Positions 23,201 through 35,200 of a stretch of 64,000 nucleotides of DNA are shown here, in pieces; positions within the stretch are counted from its first letter, which is position 1; every line of letters starts with the position of its first letter. The notes under the pieces are model-generated. The model saw only the letters and a program-made list of their open reading frames with translations, was not told the DNA's origin and did not search any database. Origin of the DNA: Gekko japonicus. Lineage: Eukaryota. A program made the translations under genes and the position numbers. The DNA lies in assembly GCF_001447785.1 (NCBI RefSeq), contig NW_015162558.1:124001-188000 (forward strand). Reading direction: 5' to 3'.

Positions 23201-26200
23201 AAAGGCAAGGGGAACACAGAGGTGAACCTTTTCCTGGAGTGGGCATACGGCGATGCTGGGGGAAAGTGTCACCTGATCCCTGCCTGCTCCGCAAGCTGTT
23301 AAAGGCACAGAGCCTTCAGTTGTACAGAACCCTCGAGGGCCGGAATCAAACAGCCAGCCAGCCAACCCTCTCTCTCCCTCCCCGGCTTATATGAAAAGTT
23401 TTTGGTTTAATTAACGACACAACTTCACTTGTGACCAGCGACTCCATTGCAGTTCTCAAACAGGGCTGTCTCCCCCATTCAAGAAACCAATGAAATCGAC
23501 GTATGTGCTTGCACAGGAAGGGTTCTACTGATGGAAGCAACCAGTTACCTTTTTAGTCAATTAAGCAACCTGATTACTGAGTAAATGTTGCAGCTCCTTT
23601 CTCAAACTAGGTTAATCTTTAGGAAACGGAGGTCAGATTTGCCTGCCAGCTGCTGCACACAAGACATTACAAAACCGGCACCAGGAATCTGAGCACACCG
23701 TGTGTCTGTTCTCTACCAGGAGATTTCAAGTTGACTGGTATGTGTGTGTGTGTGGGGGGGGTGTACACGAGAGAAAGAAAATCAGGCTGCAAACAGAATG
23801 ATAATTTTTTTAGACCTCAGTCATGTGAATTGGTTTTGGCAGAAAAACAAGAGGTAAAATACACGTATGTGTGCTCTTTTTAAAAGCACATGTTTGCACT
23901 GCTGAATATTTCTAATCTAGAGGCTTCCTGACCCCTCCCAGGGGCCTCTGCCCTCTGGAAAGGCTCCCCTTTCTCTAGAAAGCGGAGTGCAAGGGAATTC
24001 CAGGATACCGCCCTCTAGGCACAGCCAGCTCCAGGAGGACAAAGCGGGGAAACTCCTGTCCAAGAAGGGTTTTAGGGCGGCACAGAGGGCATCTCCTTTA
24101 TGAAATACTGAAAGCCACTAATCCCCCCTTTCCTTCCAGGAATATGTGGTCACACTCACCAGTCCCGCACTGTAGTACCCAGGGAGATATTTGTCACAGA
24201 TCTGCACCAGGCACCAGAAAGCTTGCTGGGGAGAGACCAAGACAGACAGACCCTTAGCAGGAGCCCCCTGATCAGCCACACCCTCCCCGCCTACAGTCTC
24301 CATCCGAGAATCCCGGCTTGCTCCCCCACCAAAGGCGATCAAGTGCTATTAAGGTCAAGCCGGTGAGCCTTCTATCCCGGGGCCATCCTCTCTCCTCTCC
24401 TGGCTGCGACGTTTCTTCCTCAAACCACGGGCAGATGGGTGCTGACCGTCCCCCCAGAAGAAATTAACACAGGACTACTTAACATAAAAAACCCGGATGC
24501 CAGTCGTGAACAATGTTCCCTCTAAGCTGTGGAGAACTTCTGCATGTGCCATCGTGTTTTCAGCCCAGGATCCAACTTTCTCCCCTCCAGCTTCACCCCA
24601 CTTGCTTCTCTGTTTAGCACACCGTCCCCGGGCCGGAGCTCTCACCTCATGGACCAGGTTGTCCTCTTGCATAGTCTGGAATGGCAGGTTTCGCAGCTTC
24701 TCCATCGTCTCGTACATGCCCTGGCACGAGCGCAGCTTGTCGACTGAGCCCAGGGTGTTCCGCAGCAGCACCAGGCCCACCCGGAAAACTATCTTCACCC
24801 CTGTGTGGATCACAAGCCGAGAGAGAGAGAAGAGTGTAACAGGCTGTATACTGGGGGGAGGCGGGAAGAGCAGCCTTCCTCTCTGTGAGATGCTGAGATG
24901 CAGGGAAGGAAAGGGAGGCGGGGGACTGTGCAGGGGGCACCTGGGGATTTCATCAGATGAATGGACAAAGCAGATCCCAGGTGCTCTTTATAGCACTTTA
25001 GGATAACCATGTCAAGCCTGGGATTGGGTAGAGGGTAGCCGGGGAACCCAGGCGCTCTTATCTTTTTCGTCAAACATGTTCCTAGGCCTCAGACTACAAC
25101 CAGGTCAGCCAGTGGCTTGGGAATCCTCCTCCTGTTCAATAATGGAAGTTGAGTTTCTAGAAAAAAGAGCAGTTCTGTCTCTGGGGAGGCCGCTTTCCCT
25201 GTCAACTGGGAGGGAAAGGACACCAAGTGGCCAAACGCGCAAGGCTTTACGGGGACGGGAGGCCGAGTCTCACCTTCGCAGAAGAACATGTCCCAAACAC
25301 GCAGCACGGAGCACCAGGGCAAGGTCCGGGAGAAGATGCACATAAACCACTCGGTCATGTACAGGATGGGGTCGATCTTGTACCTCTTCAGGTGGCGGTA
25401 GGCAATGGGGGACACCCGCCGCAGGAGAGCAAAGAAGATCTCCCCGTCCAGCTGGATTGCCTCCTGCACGAGACACATTTTGGGGTGAAGAGGAAGTTGG
25501 AGACCCTGCAAACAGCGCCCTCTTTCTGTTCCCCCCGCCTGCTCCCGCTTTCCCTCCCATCACTGCCCTCCGCTGAGAAAAGAGGAGCCGGAGGTTCAAA
25601 AGGTCACACAGTCTGGACATGCATGCACTGTACGCATCTACCCAAACGGTTAAGTATCTACAGCTTCTGCAGGAGGGCAGGGGAAAGATGTGGTCTAACT
25701 GTTATGAGATGGGGAAGGAGGCAGAAACTCTGCAGCCCAGTAGCAGCCCCAGAAAGGCAGGAGGGTAGTCTTTTTTATGCAGCTGTTCAAGGCAGTGTAA
25801 AAAGGCAAGGGGAACACAGAGGTGAACCTTTTCCTGGAGTGGGCATACGGCGATGCTGGGGGAAAGTGTCACCTGATCCCTGCCTGCTCCGCAAGCTGTT
25901 AAAGGCACAGAGCCTTCAGTTGTACAGAACCCTCGAGGGCCGGAATCAAACAGCCAGCCAGCCAACCCTCTCTCCCTCCCCGGCTTATATGAAAAGTTTT
26001 TGGTTTAATTAACGACACAACTTCACTCGTGACCAGCGACTCCATTTCAGTTCTCAAACAGGGCTGCCCCCCACATTCAAGAAACCATTGAAATCGACGT
26101 ATGTGCTTGCACACAGGAAGTGTTCTACTGATGGAAGCATCCTTTGTTTCTAGATGCGGACATAAAGGAGGAGAGGGAGATAACCCCTTAGGGAAAAGGT

Positions 26201-29200
26201 AAGCAGTGGCAGATGCTACCTGTAAAACAAAGTCTGGGGAACCCCCCCCCCCCCAAAAAAAAACCAGTTACCTTTTTAGTCAATTAAGCAACCTGATTAC
26301 TGAGTAAATGTTGCAGCTCCTTTCTCAAACTAGGTTAATCTTTAGGAAACGGAGGTCAGATTTGCCTGCCAGCTGCTGCACACAAGACATTACAAAACCG
26401 GCACCAGGAATCTGAGCACACCGTGTGTCTGTTCTCTACCAGGAGATTTCAAGTTGACTGGTATGTGTGTGTGTGTGGGGGGGGTGTACACGAGAGAAAG
26501 AAAATCAGGCTGCAAACAGAATGATAATTTTTTTAGACCTCAGTCATGTGAATTGGTTTTGGCAGAAAAACAAGAGGTAAAATACACGTATGTGTGCTCT
26601 TTTTAAAAGCACATGTTTGCACTGCTGAATGTTTCTAATCTAGAGGCTTCCTGACCCCTCCCAGGGGCCTCTGCCCTCTGGAAAGGCTCCCCTTTCTCTA
26701 GAAAGCGGAGTGCAAGGGAATTCTAGGATACCGCCCTCTAGGCACAGACATCTCCAGGAGGACGAAGCGGGGAAACTCCTGTCCAAGAAGGATTTTAGGG
26801 CGGCACAGAGGGCATCTCCTTTATGAAATACTAAAAGCCACTAATTCCCCCTTTCCTTCCAGGAATATGTGGTCACACTCACCAGTCCCGCACTGTAGTA
26901 CCCAGGGAGATATTTGTCACAGATCTGCACCAGGCACCAGAAAGCTTGCTGGGGAGAGACCAAGACAGACAGACCCTTAGCAGGAGCCCCCTGAGCAGCC
27001 ACACCCTCCCCGCCTACAGTCTCCATCCGAGAATCCCGGCTNNNNNNNNNNNNNNNNNNNNNNNNNNNNNNNNNNNNNNNNNNNNNNNNNNNNNNNNNNN
27101 NNNNNNNNNNNNNNNNNNNNNNNNNNNNNNNNNNNNNNNNNNNNNNNNNNNNNNNNNNNNNNNNNNNNNNNNNNNNNNNNNNNNNNNNNNNNNNNNNNNN
27201 NNNNNNNNNNNNNNNNNNNNNNNNNNNNNNNNNNNNNNNNNNNNNNNNNNNNNNNNNNNNNNNNNNNNNNNNNNNNNNNNNNNNNNNNNNNNNNNNNNNN
27301 NNNNNNNNNNNNCGTCCCCCCAGAAGAAATTAACACAGGACTACTTAACATAAAAAACCCGGATGCCAGTCGTGAACAATGTTCCCTCTAAGCTGTGGAG
27401 TCTTGTGAGCAAACATTCTACTTTGTGAGCTACCGGCATGAAAGTTGCGAGCAAGCGATTTGGCTGCTGCATACATTAGTTTGCTCTGGCGCCCTCCTTC
27501 CTGAGCTGAGACAACAATGTGTGAGCCAGAGGCTAAAAAACAGTGAGCTAGCTCACGCTAACTCAGCTTAGTGGGAACCCTGGTCGTGAATAGGTGTGGG
27601 CCTTGTTTGACTAGAATGGCCGCGCTCTGCCATTCAGCGGCAGGCTGCCAGTGCTCTGGTTCAGCTAGGAGGGAGCAGGATGCTGACCACACACGGGAGA
27701 GCTTCAAGAGGCAAAGGCTCTGCGGAGAAGGAGCCACTGGGCAGGCCTGGTGCCACGCCCGAGGAGCCCAGAACTTCTGGATCTGGCGCTGCCACCCCTC
27801 GCCCAAAGAAAAGGGGGGGGGGGACTAAACCAACCAAGCAAAAACCTCCAAGGTAAGTTTAGAAAACTTATTATTGAGGGCCAAAAGTTAAAACCATAAA
27901 TAAAAGAATGTTTATTTCAAAGACACATAAAACCATTGTAGGGGCCCAAATAAAACCTCCTAAAGTGTTCGAAGGGACAAATGCACAAGTAAGAACAATG
28001 TAGGACCCGACACATTTCAGCTCACAAGAGCCTTCTTCCGAGGTCAAATAGTACAAAGAACAAAATATACCGAGCAACAAAGTCCCTGTAACACATGTAA
28101 GGCAATAAACAATAATATAGGACCAAAAATGGAATGTTCCAATCTGGAATTGAATGACGCACCAAAAGATTTTTATTTGGGGCCACAAATATACCTTGCC
28201 TTGTGTCAGAAGTAGTTGCATATACTGGAAACAACATCAGGACCAATATGTACCTTCCAGTTTAGGTCCTAAGAGTGCAAGTAAAATTGCCTTATCAGGG
28301 ACCGTGTGACATCAATGTTTCCTTTGGAGGCTGCTGCCGTCGCTCACACAGATTTCAGACTGAGGCCATGCAACAGATACATTGACCAGCCAAGGATCTC
28401 AGGCTCCTTTCTACACTTCCCCACTATGCCCCACACCTTTCAGAGAGCACCTGAACCTGACAATGCAGTGGAACAGTTCCTCACCTCTGCGGGCATATTC
28501 ATCAGCAGAACCGCAGCAACAGGCGCCTGGGCTTGGCAGTACCCTTCCTCTGGCCGGTAGATGGTGTAGGCTTTCAGGATGCGGTAGAGGTCCTGCTGCC
28601 TGTGTGAGAGAGACAGAGGGGAGGATGAGAGCCAGGAACCTAGAACTTTTCTCCAGGCTCAAGATGGCGTCTAATCCAGGTATAGACCAAGAGGCTCAGA
28701 GGAGCATTTGAAGAGGGTATATAGCGCTTTGGCCTCTTGGAGACACCATTTCCAACCCAGGGCCCACCTAGCGATGCAGAGCTGCACACCAGTCTTGGGT
28801 GTGGGGCTGTAGGTTTAAGCCTGGACTCTGCCAAGTACCTAGAAGGGGCGTCTTTGCAAAGGCTCCTTAGGGGAGGGGCTGTGGCTCAGTGATGGAGCCT
28901 CCGCTTTGCACACAGAAAAACCCAGATCCAATCCCTGGCATTTCTTCTGAACAGTTCAAATAGACAAGCTTAGCCCAAGCTCGTCAGAAGCTTGGAAGCT
29001 AAGCAAGGTTGGCCACAGACAGTACTTAGATGGGAGACTTCCGAAGAAGTCCAGGGTTGCTACCCAGAGGAAGGCAATGGCAAAACACCTCTGCTCGTTT
29101 CTGGCTGGGAACACGGCATGGATGGGGGTTGCCATGAGTCGGTTCTGACTTGAAAGTGGGCTGCTGTTAGTAACTGGGCCTATGATACAAAGTAAGTCAA

Positions 29201-32200
29201 TGCATTTCCCAGTTCATGGGTCAAAGCACCACTGGGAATGCTGAAAGAGAGATGGGTTTTGTTTTGTTTTTTGTCAACAGTGCCTTACTTACTATGGGTC
29301 CAGTGTCCTCAGGTACAGGGAGAAAAGAGAGGAGCAAGAGCCACGGTGGGAAGGTGGAACAGGTGAACAGTGTACACATGCGTGTAGGAGTTCGGCAGCC
29401 AGGGAGGAATCTAGTATGTGGCTGATGCCTGCCTGACCTCGTGTAGCGACACTCTTCCCCTCTGCCGTCCACTCACCCATGGCCTCCCCGATCAACAAAT
29501 ATCTCGTGCAACGGGAACTGCCTGTGCAGGTCTTTCTCAATCACATCAAGCCACTTGGGATCTCCAGCTTGGCGCTCCAGTTCCTAATAAGACAGGCAGA
29601 CAGAGAGAGTAAAGAGAGTATGCTTGCATATTGTAGGCATTACAATACCAATAGCCCATGGTAGGCTCCATTAGATACTACAGCTATTATGAACATTGAA
29701 AATCTTCATTGATATCTTTGAAACGTCACCAGAGGAAATGAATTACTGAGAGACAGTATTTGTCTCACATCTCTGTTCGGAAGAAGAGCTACCTTCGAAA
29801 CGGCAAGACATTCTGGAGATCACCGTCAATTTTTCGTTATTATGTATATTATTACTGTTCACTTTTTGTGTAATTTATTCTTTGAAGAGATTTATTAAGC
29901 GTCACTTGTTCAGAGTTCTTCCTGGTTGAGGACAGCCAGATTTCTCTCGGGCCGGGGACCCCCAGGAAGTTCTTGTTTCCTGAGCACAGTCCTCTTCCAA
30001 GGGCATACTGGGAGAGGCGGTCCTGAAGGTACGTGGTTAAGATTATTATTATTATTATTATTACAATATTAGATTTATATCCTGCTGTCCCCCACTAATG
30101 TGGGGCTCACACCGGGTTCCGACATATAATAAATAGAACACATATCAGATTAAAACATATCAATTAAAAACAAGTCCAGCAATACAATTCCTAAGATGGN
30201 NNNNNNNNNNNNNNNNNNNNNNNNNNNNNNNNNNNNNNNNNNNNNNNNNNNNNNNNNNNNNNNNNNNNNNNNNNNNNNNNNNNNNNNNNNNNNNNNNNNN
30301 NNNNNNNNNNNNNNNNNNNNNNNNNNNNNNNNNNNNNNNNNNNNNNNNNNNNNNNNNNNNNNNNNNNNNNNNNNNNNNNNNNNNNNNNNNNNNNNNNNNN
30401 NNNNNNNNNNNNNNNNNNNNNNNNNNNNNNNNNNNNNNNNNNNNNNNNNNNNNNNNNNNNNNNNNNNNNNNNNNNNNNNNNNNNNNNNNNNNNNNNNNNN
30501 NNNNNNNNNNNNNNNNNNNNNNNNNNNNNNNNNNNNNNNNNNNNNNNNNNNNNNNNNNNNNNNNNNNNNNNNNNNNNNNNNNNNNNNNNNNNNNNNNNNN
30601 NNNNNNNNNNNNNNNNNNNNNNNNNNNNNNNNNNNNNNNNNNNNNNNNNNNNNNNNNNNNNNNNNNNNNNNNNNNNNNCGCCCCGACCCGGGCCGGTCGC
30701 CTCTGCGTGCGCTCCCTACTCCCCCACCACCACCCGGCAGCCTGAAGAGGCAGAGAAGCGCCCAACAGCTGGCGGGCCATGGAGGAGGAGGCGGCGGTAG
30801 CAGGAGGAGAGCCCGCAGGAGGAGGAGGGAGGCGGCGATCGCCCAGTTAGGGTGGGGCGCAGTTTGGCGCCCCTGAGGGCCAGCGCGCCCTAGGCGAGCG
30901 CCTACTTTGCCTAGCGGGCGAGCCGGCCCTTAATGTAATGGTAGGAGACTCCTGCCCAATGAGCACCTTTATTTTTGTTTATTACAGAAACTGAGATTTC
31001 TACTTTCAACTTTTATTTTTCCAGCTTTTCAGATGACAAAAACTGAGGGGGTGGGGTGTTAAAGCGGCACACAGTGCAGCCATTAGCAGCTCTCTCTCTC
31101 TCCACAGTGTTGGGTATACTCACAATTCTGTTCACAGAAAACTTTGACGTTAATACTTCTAATTTTCATAAATGTGCCAAACAGTGCAATTTTCTTTGAC
31201 AGCTAAATTATAAATGACGCATTTTAAAACAGTAAAATAAGTTTAGGCTTGAAAAGTAACTAAATATTGCATCTATTTCAACCTTTCCCAAAATGTCTTT
31301 CAAAAAAGTTCCACGGCTTTAAAATGTCCAGAAATTTAACATCTCGAGTATGAAAGTAAAACAAAAAAAGACACTCCAGAATACCTCAAACTTCCCCTGA
31401 TTTTGATCCAGGAGTTCCTTGCTGTTTGAGAGAAGCTGCCACGCTTTGCCACGGAGGGAAGACGGAATCCCCTTCCGGCAACGCAGTTTCACCTACAAAG
31501 AGATGGGGAAGCGATTAAACAAATACAGCAAGCAAATGAGCAAGCAAGGTAATCAGAAGACCGCTTGGAATCTTTGCCTCATAGCACCCAAGAATGCAGT
31601 CTGGATCTCTGCTCACCTTCTGGAATCTGCGCGACAGCCATTTGTCCCAGTGGGCAAACATATCCAGCCACTTCAGTTCCCGTTGTCTGCCCACATCCAC
31701 AGGGATAGCGCTCTCGCTGCAGAAAGAAAATAAGCAAAAGAGGACGTCCTGAGCTGGGAAGAGGAGGGCTGTGAGCGCTACCCTGAGCGGAACATCCACA
31801 TCAGACACGTAAGACACGTGGATGCACGTGCTTATTTGGCACCATTTACGCTCTTTCTGCTATTTGTGGCAAGGGACATGCAGCGCACTCAAACTGCTCC
31901 CCCCCCCCCAAGACCTTCTTAGCCTGTCCTCCAACCCCTGAGGGACATGGCTACAAGCCCGTTACAGCCAGTTATTCAGCCACGCTTTGCGGAGTGGGCT
32001 TGTATAGCAAAGAGGCTATGGGACATGCGGCAGACTTTTCTCAAGACCCTGCTTGCTCGCTACACGGGTATCCTCTGAAACTGCCTTCTCACGCCACAGC
32101 TTCACAGTCTCCACGATCCTCACCCCCATCCCCCGTCAAAGGCGCAAGAGAACCTAGCAGACCGGGCCACCCCCCTGAGCCAGCATACGTTTGGCTGCTG

Positions 32201-35200
32201 CCCCTCCAAGACAGACCTCCTCTTAACTTCCATTTCCCCCCATCAAGTGGGTAAATCCTTCCACTGCTGCCACCCCCAATACAGTATACAGAACCTTGGC
32301 CAAACTCTGTCCTGGTTTTGCTGCTTCAAGAGGACACTTTAGGAAGAGCAACCACACCAAGGGGAATGAATATCGCATGGGTCTCCTGTGGTCTGCTGGA
32401 GACAGTGTTCCTGCAAGGCCCTTACATCACAAGCAACGCTCCCTCTCTAAGCTGTGGAGTCTTTTGAGCAAAAATTCTACTTTGTGAGCTACTGACATTA
32501 AAGTGGTGAGCGAGCGATTTGGCTACTGCATCAATGAGTTTGCTCTGGAGCCATCCTTCCCGAGCTAAGGCAAAAATGTGTGGGGCAGAGGCTAAAAAAC
32601 TGTGAGCTAGCTCACACTCACTCAGCTTAGAGGGAACATTGGTCACAAGCAATGTTCCCTCTAAGCTGTGGAGTCTTGTGAGAAAACAATTCTACTTTGT
32701 GAGCGGCTGGCATTAAAGCTGCGAGCGAGCGAGTTGGCTATGGCATAAATTAGTTTGCTCTGGAGCCGTCTTTCCTGAGCTGAGATAAAAATGTGTGAGC
32801 TGGAGGCTAAAAAACTGTGAGCTAGCTCACCCTGACTCAGCTTAGAGGGAACACTGGGTCACAAGATTTGCGGCTTCTCACTGCCCACTCTGACCGTGAC
32901 ACTTGCTGGTTTCTGTGACTGTGATCTCTCTCTCTCTCTCTCTCAATCTCTCTCTCTCACTCAAACACACACACACACACCACAACATTAAAGCACCCAG
33001 CTTCCAAAACACACCAAAGCGTGATGACCAAGCTAAAGTGGAGGGTGGTGAATTTAACCGAGGCGCTGCTTAACTAGCTATGACTCAGGATTAGCTGGGT
33101 CACGGGTGGCGCGTGGGGGAAAGCAAAGCAAATAAAACCAGACCTCCTTGTATGGGGAGAAAATGTGAGAGGCGTACAGCGTCATATGCCCCGCATCAGC
33201 TTCAGTCAAGAAGCCTTGAGGAACATGATTGCACAGACCGTGCTGGGCAGGGCTTTTCACAAAAAAATGGCAAGAAACAGGAAGTGTGGCTTGCCGAACA
33301 GGAAGTTGTGGGACAGCTTTACTGAAGAAAAAAAAGACGAGCCAGGGAAGGAAGCAAAAATCGGGGAAGAAGACGGCTACGGTGTGTAGGGTGGGGACGT
33401 GTTCCTTTCCCACAGCTAGGCCTAAGGAAGGAAGTTTGTGGCCGGCACTCCCAAGAGCACTTATGCGCTGCTGCTTCTATGCCCTGCTTCCCAGTAAAGA
33501 CAACTAGAGCCCTTTGTTTGGGCATTACTTCTGTGTCAAGTTTGTTTACGTAGAAAACGTTATAGGCTGAGGTGGCTGAAAAAGTAAAACACAATGAAAT
33601 CTTAACACAGCATAAAAATTATTAACATTTGGGAACTATTAACAACCCGGCCGTTCATAAACCAAAGGTAAAGGTTCCCTTGCTCGAAAGCCAGTCGAAT
33701 CCGACTCTAGCGCTGCGGTGCTCATCTCCGTTTCAAAGCCGAAGAGCCAGCGCTGTCCGAAGACGTTTCCGTGGTCATGTGGCCGGCATGACTAAACACC
33801 AAGGTGCACGGAACGCTGCTACCTTCCCACCGAAGTGGTACCTATTTATCTCCTTGCAATTTCTTGCTTTCGAACTGCTAGGTTGGCAGGAGCTGGAACT
33901 AGAGACGGGAGCTAACTCCGTCATGCGGCAACCCGGGTCTCGAACTGCTGAACTACTGACCTTCCACAGCCTGCAGTTCAGCACCTTAACCACTTGAGCC
34001 ACCGCAGCTCTTCATAAACCAAGGCAAGCACAAAAAAACAGCACTGCACGTTTGGTGGTGGAAAGTATGTCAAGTCGCACCTGACTTACAGTGACCCCCG
34101 TAGGGTTTTTGAGGCAAGAGACGTTCCAGAGGTGGCTCACTATTGCCTGCCTCTGCGTAGCAGCCCTGGGCTTCCTCGGTGGTCTCCCATCCCAAACACC
34201 AACCAAGGCTGACCCTGCCTAGCATCCGGTTATCTGACGAGATCGGCCTAGCCCGGGCTACCCAGGTCAGGGCGCAACACATCGAGCAGCCTAAAATTAT
34301 CCTCATAAAGAAGCAGACTGCAAAAACAATTTTAAAAGATCAAACCAGTCAGTTAAAAGCACAGGTAAAGACGTCTTAGCCCAGAGCTCGGAGACAGCCA
34401 GATGGACACTCGGCAGGCCTCAAGAGGAAGGTCATTCCACAAGTGAGGTGCCACCACTGAAAAAGGCCCTGTCTCTGGNNNNNNNNNNNNNNNNNNNNNN
34501 NNNNNNNNNNNNNNNNNNNNNNNNNNNNNNNNNNNNNNNNNNNNNNNNNNNNNNNNNNNNNNNNNNNNNNNNNNNNNNNNNNNNNNNNNNNNNNNNNNNN
34601 NNNNNNNNNNNNNNNNNNNNNNNNNNNNNNNNNNNNNNNNNNNNNNNNNNNNNNNNNNNNNNNNNNNNNNNNNNNNNNNNNNNNNNNNNNNNNNNNNNNN
34701 NNNNNNNNNNNNNNNNNNNNNNNNNNNNNNNNNNNNNNNNNNNNNNNNNNNNNNNNNNNNNNNNNNNNNNNNNNNNNNNNNNNNNNNNNNNNNNNNNNNN
34801 NNNNNNNNNNNNNNNNNNNNNNNNNNNNNNNNNNNNNNNNNNNNNNNNNNNNNNNNNNNNNNNNNNNNNNNNNNNNNNNNNNNNNNNNNNNNNNNNNNNN
34901 NNNNNNNNNNNNTGGCCCAAAGGCTTCCGTGGGGATTCAAACCAGGGTCTCCCAGATAGTCACCCAACTTTCTAACCACCACACTGTGCTGGCTCTTTAA
35001 CCACTTCCCCATCAAACGGACCCAACACGCGAGCCGAACACTGGGGCTTCCCTCGCCAAAACCCATCGGTCTAGCCACAGATCAGACATCCAAGCCTAGT
35101 CACGAAGATCAGTAGAGAGACACTGCCCCCCATTGTAATGTATTCCATTTTTTATTTTTTGACTTCCGGTCACAGCCAACGTAGGATGATCAGTGTTCCC

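Larger units (their letters stand above)
21933..27400. repeat. ~2.6-kb tandem duplication carrying TBC1D10B exons 6-8
   Basis: Copy 21933-24534 and copy 24533-27400 (the second has a gap and an extra ~120 bp near 26140-26262). About 1% divergence by eye; 2-bp AG microhomology at the junction. Confidence 0.93.

Noticed and set aside
22627-26012. 255-aa and 261-aa plus-strand ORFs present twice
   Set aside because: Antisense to exon 7 plus intron; duplicated only because of the tandem duplication.
28965-29060. Apparent 5S rRNA gene (also near 34150-34260, 35480-35560, 52130-52225)
   Set aside because: Degenerate, lacks 5S ends and is fused to a retroposon tail: SINE heads.
30160-30876. ORFs spanning N runs (also near 26946, 34353, 38794, 62485)
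   Set aside because: Artefacts of translating assembly gaps.
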